A DNA stretch of 64,000 bases from Octopus bimaculoides. Taxonomy: Eukaryota. The DNA lies in assembly GCF_001194135.2 (NCBI RefSeq), contig NC_069006.1, positions 480,899 to 544,898 of the forward strand. The letters are read 5' to 3'. The position numbers and the translations under genes were made by a program. Position 1 is the first letter of the stretch, and every line of letters begins with the position of its first letter. Shown piece by piece: positions 37,715 to 51,120 of the stretch. The notes under the pieces were generated by a model. That model was not told where the DNA came from. It was given only the letters and a program-made list of their open reading frames with translations, and did no database searches.

Positions 37715-37905
37715 CACTAGTGCCGATGGCATGAAAGAAAAATGTACCCAGTAATCTCTGTAAAGGGGTTTTTCGTTAGGAAGGGCATCCAGCCGCGGAA
37801 ATCATGCCAAAGTAAACATTGGAGCTCGACGCAGGTCTGCAGCTTGCCGGATCCCGTCAAATCGTCCCACATGTACCAGCATGGGAAATGATGATGATGA
37901 TGATA
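37715..37905 (+). mobile_element. retroposon 3' tail (family E) ending in (ATG)n
   Basis: TTAGGAAGGGCATCCAGCCG...CCAGCATGGGAAATGATGATGATG. Confidence 0.7.
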
Positions 37906-37941
37906 TAGTGTGCTAGCTGGAGGAAGAAAAGAGAGAGAGAA

Positions 37942-37974
<33 letters not shown>

Positions 37975-37976
37975 AG

Positions 37977-38015
<39 letters not shown>

Positions 38016-38172
38016 CTGCATCAGCACTTGGCTGGTACGCATTTTCATGTGAGTAGACTGGATGAGTGCGAAATGAAGTGTCTCGCTGAAGGATACAACG
38101 TGCCACAAGGTCCAGGAATTGAATCTACGACATTATGATGGTCAGTCTAACATCCTAACTAAGCACAACGCC
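38016..38172 (-). mobile_element. SINE family C head (Meta/V-like core)
   Basis: Reverse complement reads GATTCAATTCCTGG...GTTGTATCCTTCAGCGAGACACTTCATTTCGC; related to 51298-51420. Confidence 0.7.
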
Positions 38173-38639
38173 GCATGTCTGCCATAAAGAGGAATCACTC
38201 TTATGTTTATAAACCGGTCGGCATGAAGCTACAACGAAAGCGTTTTGTATTCACAACATTATTAATCTTCACTGATGAATTATAAAGAGCGCATGTCTTA
38301 AGATGATTGCAAGTATGTTAAGCAGTGAGAATGAAATAAAAATAAAAGTGTAATTTTATTTAGACAAAGGTAGATAAAATGTAATTGAATAATAGGATAA
38401 AGTAGTCAGATACTAAACGAAATGAATAGTAGTATACTCGCCTGGTGAAGCCAGAACAAATGGAGAAAGTTTATACCTCGAAATAGATTTTAGAAAGTCG
38501 AATCAAGGAGAATATAAACGCGTCTCTACGTAGTTTAAACTAGTTTGATTGGTGAAGATGAAATAAATATCAGAGATGCTCTGTCCCACGCAGAATCTGC
38601 AGGAACTACTCAGAGGAATTGCAAACTTTTCTTCTAAAT

Positions 38640-39131
38640 CCATCGCAATGTCGAAAATTCTTCCATATGAGAAAGTATTTCAGGGTTGCAGGCCTTTCGC
38701 TCCGGACCTGTAAGCTTCACCTATGTGGGGTAGTGACGATTGAATTAGTTTTTTTTTTTCCCGCCGAAGGATTCCACCTTTAGTCTCTTGTCAACGAACA
38801 GCCACCTTGAGCTGCTTTCAGCTGCTATGCTTATCTCCACAGTAGCATTCTTCGGTTGTTTGGGCTCCGGACCAATCTCCTGCAAGAATAGCGCACCGAT
38901 CTAGGGAATGAGGCCGCGAGTCATCTCATAACAAGGACCTCGTCGATCAAGTCCTGATATTTGCTTTTCTTTAACTCGTTAGAAATGTTGTCGGGTCTGT
39001 GCACGCAGGTCACCGTATGTTCATCTATGATCATTATCTTTTCCAATCCCGTACAGTAGGAACACGTCTAATCGGAGTGATGCTACCGCTGTCTTTCCTG
39101 GAAAAACTATATATATATATATATATGTATG

Positions 39132-39169
<38 letters not shown>

Positions 39170-39606
39170 TAACTGAATTCTCTCGACGCTTCGACGAATG
39201 AGGGTACAGCAAAACCCATCTGCAAAGAGTTGAAGAAATGCCATCGTGTTAGTGTCTTGGTTTTCTAAGCAACCTATCACAATGATTAAAAATAGCACAT
39301 TGGGCATGATTTGTGCAGAATCACTCCGACTCGAACTACTTTCAAACTTGTACTGGTCTGTTGCAACAACTGCCACGAACCCAGCAGTTATCAGGAAGCA
39401 AGATTCGTGTGGAGTTACCTTCTCTTAGATGAGCCTTTGATGAGCTGACGGGCTTCATCTGCTCTAAATCCCTTGAGGTGTCTGTAAGTGGCAGTTCCGT
39501 GACCAGGAAGAAGAGTGGGTAAGAAGGGATTCAACACTCGTCAAGATCCTGGAACTTCCGAATTAGGGCTTCTCTACTGGATGCAGTTATAAGTCATAAC
39601 CAGGAT
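38640..39606 (-). mobile_element. HERO-like restriction-like-endonuclease LINE remnant with putative leader
   Basis: Minus-strand SCPMC, FVEAS, FPGKTAVASLRLDVFL, KIMIIDEHTV, KKSKYQDLIDE, RGL...FLQEIG...AAESSSRWL; interrupted by (TA)n at 39107-39170; non-coding leader ~39380-39606. Confidence 0.7.
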
Positions 39607-39851
39607 TACACACACACATACATCTTCTCCTTCTCCTCGACTTACGACGATCCGTATTTACGACCACAAAAAATTAAAAAAATAAAAGAATAATTAAATA
39701 AAAAATCTGCTTCCCACTGTCTCTCACTCAGTCGCTTTCAAGCATCAGTTGCATGAATGAAAATAGTGTTGAAAAATATAAATTCGACATGCGACCTGAT
39801 CGACTTACGACCTGTCAGTCGGAAGGTACTCGGTCGTAAGTCGAGGAGAAG

Positions 39852-39937
<86 letters not shown>

Positions 39938-40329
39938 ACGATGATAGACAATTGTTTTAAGTGGGTAAAGAAATATTTAGAGTCGCAATTGCAGTTAACT
40001 TGGGCTGTTGGTAAATTCCAATTAGCATTCAACTTCCTAAATATAAACACAAGAAAGATTAAATTTCTTGACAAAGTGAGAGAAAAATGCGAGCATCCAA
40101 ACAATCGGTAGACAAAATCTTCCATTAGGAGTGTTTTAAAAAATAAAAGAAAAACAACCAAAAGAAATAACTGAAGAGGTCAGTTGGTAGAAATACAGAA
40201 TGTAAGTTGTTTCTGTAGCCAACTGGTAACATCAGCAGTGATACTTCGGTCTTACCACAACTCATCAAGATAACAAAAAAAAAAGAAGACAAAGCAACAT
40301 GTAGATAGACGTGTATAAATTGAGGGAGT

Positions 40330-40495
40330 CGATTACCCCAGGACTTGATTCGTACTTTTTTTACAAATTCGCAAGAGGATGAAAGGCAAACACAGTTTTG
40401 GCAGTATTTGAACGCAGAACGTAAAAAGGGCGGAAGAAGATATCGCCAAGCATTTTTGTCTGATATGCTAACGATTGAGCCAGCTTGCCAACTTA
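40330..40495 (-). mobile_element. SINE family B
   Basis: GGATGAAAGGCAAA...ATTTGAACGCAGAACGTAAA...GCTAACGATTGAGCCAGCT. Confidence 0.75.
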
Positions 40496-40829
40496 AGAAT
40501 AATAATAATAATGATAATAATAATGATGATGAGGATGATGACGATAACAATAAACAAGAGAAACATAGACAAGTAGACAGATATATATAGAGAGAGACGA
40601 ACAGTTAGCTGTATAAACTGAAAGTCTGTACCATCAGGTCACGCCAGCTTAGGTCCTGGTAATTCCTAGGAACATTCCCAACCAGCCAACCAACCAGTCG
40701 ATCAACCAAACCGGAACAGTTACCTCCCCTGTCTCTCTCCCTCCTCCTCTCTCGTACACTAATACTCTACTTTATACTGCCAGAAACCACACTGCAAGCA
40801 AACATACACTCACACATACATACATTTAA

Positions 40830-40884
<55 letters not shown>

Positions 40885-42912
40885 NNNNNNNNNNNNNNNN
40901 NNNNNNNNNNNNNNNNNNNNNNNNNNNNNNNNNNNNNNNNNNNNNNNNNNNNNNNNNNNNNNNNNNNNNNNNNNNNNNNNNNNNNNNNNNNNNNNNNNNN
41001 NNNNNNNNNNNNNNNNNNNNNNNNNNNNNNNNNNNNNNNNNNNNNNNNNNNNNNNNNNNNNNNNNNNNNNNNNNNNNNNNNNNNNNNNNNNNNNNNNNNN
41101 NNNNNNNNNNNNNNNNNNNNNNNNNNNNNNNNNNNNNNNNNNNNNNNNNNNNNNNNNNNNNNNNNNNNNNNNNNNNNNNNNNNNNNNNNNNNNNNNNNNN
41201 NNNNNNNNNNNNNNNNNNNNNNNNNNNNNNNNNNNNNNNNNNNNNNNNNNNNNNNNNNNNNNNNNNNNNNNNNNNNNNNNNNNNNNNNNNNNNNNNNNNN
41301 NNNNNNNNNNNNNNNNNNNNNNNNNNNNNNNNNNNNNNNNNNNNNNNNNNNNNNNNNNNNNNNNNNNNNNNNNNNNNNNNNNNNNNNNNNNNNNNNNNNN
41401 NNNNNNNNNNNNNNNNNNNNNNNNNNNNNNNNNNNNNNNNNNNNNNNNNNNNNNNNNNNNNNNNNNNNNNNNNNNNNNNNNNNNNNNNNNNNNNNNNNNN
41501 NNNNNNNNNNNNNNNNNNNNNNNNNNNNNNNNNNNNNNNNNNNNNNNNNNNNNNNNNNNNNNNNNNNNNNNNNNNNNNNNNNNNNNNNNNNNNNNNNNNN
41601 NNNNNNNNNNNNNNNNNNNNNNNNNNNNNNNNNNNNNNNNNNNNNNNNNNNNNNNNNNNNNNNNNNNNNNNNNNNNNNNNNNNNNNNNNNNNNNNNNNNN
41701 NNNNNNNNNNNNNNNNNNNNNNNNNNNNNNNNNNNNNNNNNNNNNNNNNNNNNNNNNNNNNNNNNNNNNNNNNNNNNNNNNNNNNNNNNNNNNNNNNNNN
41801 NNNNNTATATATATATATATATGGATGAATGGATATATATATATAAATATATATATGTGTGTGTGTGTATGTGTTTATACATGTAACATTATCCGGTTGT
41901 GGAATTACAGTCAATATTATCTAATATCATCTGGGTAATAACCTTGTAGGGGGCTTTCCAAAGCTCCTCTTTAGGCATCGGCTACCAGATGCTATCATAC
42001 AGTAGGACCTTTCCTTTAACTTGATATACAAGTGGAAATCCGCGAGTATCCGCAGCGTATATACAAAATGAATTTTCATAAAAGAAAATTGAATGAACAG
42101 GCTTTATCAAAACTCATTACAATTGTTTCGGCGCACCAGTATCAGTTTGTAGTTGCTGAATATAACATATATTATACACATTATTGCATTAATATGATCA
42201 AACAATTGCTCTATACATGCACGTTTCCAGGTGAATAGAGTCTAAAGCACTGCTAAATCATCTTTAGTTTCCCTTCGTTAAATAGTCACACCATTATATA
42301 TATTTTTAGCGTTCTATTGACCAAGAATAACACGGAAATACAAAAAGATACAAATGAGAAAAATACGAAAAAGCAATTAATGGAAATAAAAGATAAAAAA
42401 ATCGAGAAACCCACTTTTCTCTTCACACTTAACCACAGAGTTGTTTCGACTTTTAGGAAGATAAACGAACATTTTCAGATAATAATGTCATAAAATGATA
42501 AACTTGAACAATTACTCGTCTCTTGCGCCTGTTACCGTTCTCCCTCAAAGGAAATCAATGGGATATGGTCACTTTCTTAGCATGCTAAGAATCCAAAACC
42601 TGTCGGCTTACGACGTAATTATATATAAAACCGTTAACGGTTATATCCTTACAACCTCTGAACAGATTCATCTTATAATGATTTTAATTATCTAAAGATT
42701 TCTGAATCGAAACAGCTGTCAGAGATGTTGTCATATTTTATAATCAATTAATAATTTTATTAATTCCTCTCCATTTTCTCCTTATTCTTTAAATATATAA
42801 ATATATGAATCACGGTTTATATGGTTACATTGTAGTTGAACTTTCTAGAGGTTGGTAACTAACCAGTATTTTCATTGGATTTATGATGCCTTAATGAGGT
42901 CTATTACCTTTA

Positions 42913-42958
<46 letters not shown>

Positions 42959-43807
42959 CAAATCCGGCAACTATATCGTATTGCTATGATAAATTCGGAG
43001 GAGCGAAACAGTTGTACACTTGTAGTTATCCACTATGATATGGTAATAATTGTGTAAATACACATCCCTTTAAAGAATTGAGTTCTCTAATCAAACTTGG
43101 AAATTTTTTTGCCATCAAGAATAAGCTAACAATAATACACAGACACACACATACACACGAACATGTATAAACATACACAAATACAAATATACATCTACAC
43201 ACAGACACACATATATACATAGAACATGGTATAATCATACATAAATGCATAGACACACATATACATACATGCTCACATATATCTATATCTATATCTATCT
43301 ATCTATCTCTCTCTATATATATACACACACGCACATACATACATAAAACATAGTGAGCAAAATAGATTGAGAGCTTTATATAGGCATATTTAAAGATACG
43401 TTTATATATATATATATACACACACACACACTTATACACAAACATACTAAAACACACATACACACGCACACACTTACATAAATACCCACTACACACACGC
43501 ATATACAGTAATTAGATGAAATGAGAGTGTTAAGGAATATATTTGCTTAGAGAAGCAATCCACCCTATCCCTGACCGCAAACTTCAATCTCGTCACCCAT
43601 GTGTAAGAAGATGGAAACCTGTGGGTATTTCCACCTGGCTGCTCTCTTCACTCCGCTTTTCTCGCCTTCCAAATCATTTTCCCAAACTGACATCTGTGGA
43701 ACTTGGTTTCCCAAACAAACTGATTTTCTAATTTCATTCTGTTTATATATAAATTCATACAAATGGGTATCTATCCATCTATCTTATTTATATATATATA
43801 TATATAT

Positions 43808-43866
<59 letters not shown>

Positions 43867-44149
43867 CGCACACACTATGGATACAAACATACGTAAGCAT
43901 ACGTGGACACAGACATACGTAAACTCATACGTGTGTATATATAACATATCTATATATCTTATATACATAAACATACGAACACACACACAAGTACAGTTTG
44001 TAGTGTGTGTATGAATTGCGAATAAATTCACAAACGGTGTTTCATAAACACAGTCAATTTCTTAGCGTTTGTTTACACAGTTAAACCGAATTTATATTTA
44101 TTAAACATGCCTCCGATAACTTCTTCACAGCACCTCTCTCTCTATATAT

Positions 44150-44182
<33 letters not shown>

Positions 44183-44203
44183 CACACATATATATATATA
44201 TAT

Positions 44204-44253
<50 letters not shown>

Positions 44254-44263
44254 ACATGTACAT

Positions 44264-44327
<64 letters not shown>

Positions 44328-44740
44328 GATATTTATAAGTACATTAACACACACACACACACACGAATATACATACATTCATATATAAATTCATACATAT
44401 ATACGTTCATGCACACACTTATATACATACATTATATAGGAATGTTTGTTTATGAATGAACATATGCAAGCGTCGAAATTGTATATACACCTACACACTA
44501 ACTTATACGTCTTCTTTGAGCATCTATATGTGTGATAAATTGTGATAAATATACCAGTATGTGTGTTAAATTCCATGTGTTTGTGTAGATGTGAATCTAT
44601 GTAGGTGGCGATACATATTATGTCGGTATACGAAAGAAGGTTTATACGTATCAACCATTCTATATCATACTGCTTGTTTTGTTAAAGAGCGGCACACTTC
44701 TGCCAGTGTATTTTGGACGCTAATTTTCGTTCAAATATAT

Positions 44741-45114
44741 CTTTTATCAGTTTCAGTCATAGCACTGCGGCCATGATGGGACACAGCCTGGAAATGTTTA
44801 GTCGAATAAATCGATGCCAGAAGTTATTCTTTTAGCCTATGTTGTCGAACCGCTAGGTTATGTAGAAGGAAACAAATCAACATCGATTGTCAACCCCCCC
44901 ACACACACACGCATACACACAAATATGTATGTATGTATGTATCTATCTATCTCATGACGGACTTTCACAGAGTTTCCATCTTCCAAATTCACGCAAAAGG
45001 CATTTTGTCGGCGGGAATTATAGTAAAAGACACTTGCCTAAGTTGTCACGCAGAGGGACTGAACCTGAAACCACGTTTTAGCAAAGCTAGCTTCTTAACC
45101 ACACAGCCACTGCC
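44741..45114 (-). mobile_element. SINE family A, full length, diverged
   Basis: TTTCAGTCATAGCACTGCGGCCATG...GACACTTGCCTAAG...CTTCTTAACCACACAGCCAC. Confidence 0.85.
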
Positions 45115-45197
45115 AACACTCACACTTCCATTGAATGAAAATCTTGATTCAAACAACCCAAGAATTGTTAAATCAGGTTATATTATGAGTATGTAGA

Positions 45198-46395
45198 AAC
45201 CTCGACTCTGCTACCCGAGGGAACTGCAAAATCTATGATCTGACACTGTTTGTTTTGTTTTCTATATTCCTATCTGGACTTCTTGCTTCAACATTACGGT
45301 CAGAATTTATGAAGAGGTCCCACAAGATGCTGTAATTCTCATTTTCTCTCACAGCTTCTGGTTCATACCACTTTTGTTTCGAGCCACACACTCAGCTAAC
45401 ACCCCAATGCATCTTCTTTTATCTACATAACTCTTGTCTCTGCTTATACTCCTTTTGTGCTAGTATTCTGCACTCAGTCAAGAGGTCTCCTTTTTCCTGC
45501 AGATTCTACATTTGCTGTCTGACTGAGCTTTGTCGATCTTTGCCTCGATCACATTTGTTCTAATGACTTCTTTCTATGGTTCTGTTTCTTGCTTAAACTT
45601 CCCGCCCGTCAACCACAGCCAGCGTTCTTTACATCCAACACTCTCGGTTTCTTGCCATGTAATTAGCCATGTAATTTCATTTCTTCCCATTTGCTTATTC
45701 TGCTGTTCTTCCTTTTCTCTTGGAATTCTCCTATTGTTTCAGTCGCTCTTTGTGTATCTCTATAAGAGTCTCTCTTTACTCTGCACAGTATAATTTTCCA
45801 GAACTCTATTGACCGCAGTATTGACCGTGTCTTCTGCACCTTCCTTTCTTGGTAGGTAAAGCCTGTCGGCGTTACTTTTCGAGTGCTGTGCGTTGTACAC
45901 TGTGAGCGATTTTCTAGTTCTTTCATTCAAGTTCTATAACTCGGCCTTTGTCCACTTCGGAAAGGGCAGAGAATATCTCGACCCTTGTATACCCCATGTT
46001 TTAATGGTATTCCTTCGATTTAGTAGCTTCATTCAATTTTCTTTCGGGCCCCTTCCTAATTCTCTTTAGTGATTTTCCTATCTCATTTCACTTCCCATGA
46101 CCCTTCTCCTCTTGCAGCGATCCTAGTTATTTCTCTCTCTCGTTATACCACAACCTTCTAATGATGTCGTCTTGTGGCAATTTTCTGCCACCAGCGTTTA
46201 CCTTCTGGCATCTCTTCATATTTAGCACCGCGTACTTATTGTATCTCCAATATCTTTACTGTTTGGTTTAAAGAACCTTTCTCATGTTTTGTATATAGCT
46301 TGAAGTCATCCATATGAAATCGGTGGTTTACTTTCATCTTGGTTTTGGTAAGCTCATGGGCAGGCCTGGATTTTCTCAGCATATTTGCTAGAGGG
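45198..46395 (-). mobile_element. R4/Dong-clade LINE remnant (RT end, CCHC finger, RLE start)
   Basis: PLANMLRK, KVNHRFHMDDFKLY, ADRLYLPRKEG, WEEMKLHG, WLWLTGGKFKQETE, AKIDKAQSDSKCRIC, LAQKEYKQR, ENENYSILWDLFINSDRNVEARSPD, IIDFAVP; its 5' end abuts (TAA)n. Confidence 0.9.
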
Positions 46396-46591
46396 ATTAT
46401 TATTATTATTATTATCATTATACATTCAAATTTCGATGAACGTAAACAAACAAACGAAGTTTGCTTTAGAAGCGTTCAGATGTCTTAGAAAGTTAAAGAA
46501 GTGATTTTAAATTCTCAAACGCAGGATAATGCTAATAATATAGCCTGAACAGGATAAGCTACCCCTATTTTGCAGAAAAAAAGTGCTGGCG

Positions 46592-46657
46592 GCCGGTTAT
46601 GAGACTCGAACTCACACCTCCATGATCACGCATCGCGGTGCTCTGAACCATTAAGCT
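46592..46657 (-). pseudogene. tRNA-like pseudogene (possible Thr-CGT), 5' acceptor strand missing
   Basis: D-arm AGCTTAATGGTTCAGAGC, loop TGCGTGA, T-arm GTGAG-TTCGAGT-CTCAT, 3' acceptor AACCGGC, T7 run about 8 nt downstream. Confidence 0.65.
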
Positions 46658-46766
46658 TGTTGTTGTTCTTATCATAGTTATTGATACCGTTACGATCATT
46701 TCTTATATAAAACATTATTAAAATAAAGTTGTCATCATCATCAACATCATTATTATTATTATTATT

Positions 46767-46885
46767 TTGGTTTGACTCAAGTTCAGTCTTGTTCCTGGTA
46801 GGATTTATGTGAGTAGCGGGTTTGCTACCTGTAACCTTAGGTATTCATAAGTTTTCAGTAGTCTTTTATGTGCTTAGAACACTCT
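46767..46885 (-). mobile_element. short insert between ATT repeats, possibly the 3' end of a Dong-like LINE
   Basis: Bounded by (ATT)n and (ATC/ATT)n; the minus strand ends directly in (TAA)n. Confidence 0.35.
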
Positions 46886-46909
46886 ATCATCATCATTATT
46901 ATTATTATT

Positions 46910-47463
46910 GAGTGAGTGAGCAGCTCATGCCATCAAAGTGGCACTGGGGTAAAATATACGAAGCCCAGTATACCCATCATGACCACCCGTCTGATAAGGG
47001 TACACCAGGCACATGCATCACAACCATATGTACGCGACATGGTGATCTCATATCAAGATAAACAGCGCATGATCTCGCAGGTGGGGCCCAGTTAGAATTT
47101 TCTTCGGGTCGCGTAGCCCATCCTGCTCAAAAGGTCCCTGAATAAGGTTTAAGGATGTTGAGCAAAACACCCGTGTTTCCAGAGGAGAATTATCCAAACC
47201 CCAAAGAATTCCACTCAGCACATGACTACGATGCTCCCCCACTACTTCTGCTCCTGATCAGAGATGCACATATCGTCAGCCACCAAGGGACATGCTCAAC
47301 TGGTTAAGGTCAAACAGCTGACAAGCAACTCTGTGGTATTGAGCAGAATATTTGCAGTAGCCCATCTTTTTTATACCAAGACAAAACAATGTACATGGTA
47401 ACACTTCCAATCAGTTAAGATGAGAAGCCATGAGAGCCACTGCCTGGTACTGCCTCGGGGCAT
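46910..47463. mobile_element. ~555-bp non-coding element inserted in an (ATT)n microsatellite
   Basis: Complex sequence bounded by (ATT)n at 46895-46909 and 47464-47478; no TIR and no tRNA boxes seen. Confidence 0.7.
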
Positions 47464-47799
47464 TTATTATTATTATTACTACTCCCCTTCATCGCTGTAA
47501 ACCCCACCAGTTTTGTGTTGTGCCTCGTCCTTTGATATTGTCTTCCATGGGACCTTGTGGCCAATAAAAGAAATTATCATCATCAACATCACCACCATCA
47601 ATGCCACCACCACCACCACCACCATCATTCAAGGTTGTTCGTCTTGTGAACAAAACATTTTTATGTTTCCTTTCATAATGTTCTCCGTTTCCTGTCCGTT
47701 TTTCTTTTTTACATTTTCTTCCAGTGTCTTTATTTAATTATCTATTTATTTATTTGTTTGTCTCTTTATGTGTCCTGTAGATTCATCTTTTCTTTTGAA

Positions 47800-48430
47800 T
47801 CATTCTTTTTCTTACTACAAGTACTACCCCCGCGACTACCACTATCATCACTACTACCACCATCACCACTACTACTGCCATCACTACCACAACTCCCGCT
47901 ACTACTACTACTACTACTACTACTTCCTTCTCTACCTCACCCTCGAGTCTTTCCTCCTGCATCTTCCTATTTTTCGATGTTTTTAATATTTAATTTTTCT
48001 GCTTGGTTTTTGGTTTCGGGAAGATTACCATCATCATCATCAACATCACCATGAACAACAACAACAACAAAGAACAACAACAACGTCATGAGCCAGAAAT
48101 AACAACAATAACTGCTACGACAACAACAACAACAACAGGAAAAACTTAATCACAGAACGTAGTTACCTGTCTGTGTTCTTCAGATGGTGATAATGGAGTT
48201 GTGGGTGCTAATGATGACGGAGGTGGAGGTAAGGATGATGATGATGATGGTGTTAGGGTTGGTGGGGGTGATGGTGATGGTCACTGTCATCATTGTATTT
48301 GTGATGGTGGTGTTGATGATGACGATGATGATGGTGATAATATTGTTAATGATGTTGATGTCGTTTATTTGTACCGAAGTTAATGTAGCTTTTGAAAGAC
48401 TGTTGATGTTGATGTTGTTGTCATCGATAA
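47800..48430. repeat. (TAC/CAC/AAC)n and (GAT/GGT)n trinucleotide blocks
   Basis: Direct reading. Confidence 0.9.
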
Positions 48431-49589
48431 TTTCGTTGTTGTTGTTTGTTATGTGCAGCAGTTGTCGGGTTTCGATTGATAGAAGTCATAGAAAAGAACC
48501 CAAAACAGAAACACCTATTTATAAAAAAAAAACCCACAAAAATAAAATAAATATATATATATAAAATAGCTTTCCCATCAATAAAACGAAACAACAATAA
48601 AAAAAACCCAGTAAACACACAAACACATAAAAGTAAATATAAAAAAATAAAAATATGCCAACTAATCTAGTCTGGAATATTTCATCACCATTGGAATAAC
48701 AACATATTGGTCTTGTGTATTAAGAATTTGTAGTTCTTCCTGTTTTTGTGTGGCGTATGTATGTGTGCAACATGTGTGTGTGTGTGTGTGTGTGTGTNNN
48801 NNNNNNNNNNNNNNNNNNNNNNNNNNNNNNNNNNNNNNNNNNNNNNNNNNNNNNNNNNNNNNNNNNNNNNNNNNNNNNNNNNNNNNNNNNNNNNNNNNNN
48901 NNNNNNNNNNNNNNNNNNNNNNNNNNNNNNNNNNNNNNNNNNNNNNNNNNNNNNNNNNNNNNNNNNNNNNNNNNNNNNNNNNNNNNNNNNNNNNNNNNNN
49001 NNNNNNNNNNNNNNNNNNNNNNNNNNNNNNNNNNNNNNNNNNNNNNNNNNNNNNNNNNNNNNNNNNNNNNNNNNNNNNNNNNNNNNNNNNNNNNNNNNNN
49101 NNNNNNNATATATATATATATATATATAGTGCTTGGTTATATTCCACCCAACGAAGCACTCACACAGCTGTTGCTGAAGAATATTCAATTAAACAGTAGT
49201 TCTAAAGAATAATCTTACATAATATTATATGAATGTAAACTCACCAACCTAAAGCTGATATCCGGTGCAGAAACAAATGTTATTTGCCATTAAAATCTGG
49301 TATCTTCCATCCTCGTGTTATATAGAAACAGGAATACCAAAAATGGGACAAGAACGCAAAACATCCAGGCAGTTAGATGACACAAAAAAGGGACAACAAA
49401 ACATCCAAAACAGACGATACACAAAAAACAAGGATAGGTCATTCGGAGCTTTCTTTCTTCAGTCGAGTTCTAGATTATCTTTGGAATTTCAGCTGGTTAT
49501 ACTCGAAATTGCTCCAATCTGGCCAGCCTCTAGGAAAAACTAAACAAAGAGCACTAGATTCCTTGGAAGAAAGTAGCGAATGTATACGA

Positions 49590-49670
49590 GAACCAGCTGA
49601 GTACTGGAGTTAATTGACATAACCCCTCTTCAGAAACTGCTGGCCTTGTGCCAAAATTTGAAACCAATTT
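49590..49670 (+). mobile_element. SINE family B tail
   Basis: ACCAGCTGAGTACTGGAGT...GGCCTTGTGCCAAAATTTGAAACC. Confidence 0.65.
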
Positions 49671-50481
49671 AAATGGACTCTGGTTTACTGATCGTAAGTT
49701 TTAGTCACGGCTTCAATAAAATGCAAGCCTAACAAGCCAGATATAATGATTTGAGACAGAAAAAAAATTCATTGGCCCAGCAGATGTCAATATAATGTTA
49801 AAGGTTATTGAGAAAGAAAATATATATACCGAAATAATAAGAAATATAATGTTAGTCAATTCAGAATAAAGCTGAAGATATCTATCCATAATTATTGAAG
49901 CATTTAGCTACATAGGCAACTCCCTCGATATCAATTGTGAGAAGCTGCCGTTCACAAAACCAGAAAGAACAAACCTAACCAAGCTATCGTAAGCACGACT
50001 AAATTACATAAGATCTACCTATGTGATATCACTCATGCATTCCATATATCCATCTGTATATAGATATATGTACTGATACACGTCCACATGAATTCATGTC
50101 AGCCTACATGGCTACTACATTTACACGTATGTAGGAACCAAGCTACTATGTCGATCAATTCGACTGAAAAAGCTTTGTTATTAGACTAAAAACTGGCTCT
50201 TTCTCAATCGGTGAGAAAATTCGGAAAAATAAAACCAGGCAAACTATACGTTTATATTCATACATCATCGTTTATAGTTAGAGTAAACTTATACATACAT
50301 ACATACATACATACATACATACACAACTACGTAGATACAAACGTAAACACAGCAGACTTATAAACATGTGCATGTGTGCATTTGTGTGTGTATATATGTC
50401 TATATATACACACATACATATATATGCATATATACATGCACATATATACACACATGCATATAAATATTCGAAAACATGTAA

Positions 50482-50521
<40 letters not shown>

Positions 50522-50568
50522 NNNNNNNNNNNNNNNNNNNNNNNNNNNNNNNNNNNNNNNNNNNNNNN

Positions 50569-50612
<44 letters not shown>

Positions 50613-50644
50613 TTACACGCTCATACACACATAGACATATACCA

Positions 50645-50690
<46 letters not shown>

Positions 50691-51051
50691 TTTATGGGTA
50701 TATTTAAAGGACCATTAAATTTCAGTGGCTTCTTATTTCAGATTAACCTTGTCAAACGTCATGTTGACGAATAAATAGTCTGCTCAATATGGCGTTTAAT
50801 GTACAGCAGACATTTTTACTGCGCTGCTCGCCGCCTCCTTATGGACGATGTGTATATGCAGGGTGGTGGGGATGATGACGATGATGATTGTGGTGGTATT
50901 GATGATGGCAATTATTATTATGATGATGATGATATGAATTATATGATGATGATGATCGTGGTGATGATGATGATCGTGGTGATGATGATGACGATGGTGA
51001 ATGTTTCTAATTGTTGCAATAAGGATTTATAACTTAGACACAAATATTAAA

Positions 51052-51120
51052 GCCGCTACCACCATCGCCGCCGCCACCACCATCGCCGCCGCCACCACCA
51101 TCGCCGCCACCACTACCACG
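51052..51120. repeat. 18-bp tandem repeat (ACCACCATCGCCGCCGCC) x3
   Basis: Direct reading. Confidence 0.9.

Noticed and set aside
43565-43762. Complex-sequence 65-aa ORF on the minus strand
   Set aside because: No recognisable domain and no convincing splice sites
47405-47430. ATCAGTTAAGAT similarity to the U2 snRNA region targeted by Keno/Utopia elements
   Set aside because: The match is short and imperfect, with no other U2 sequence
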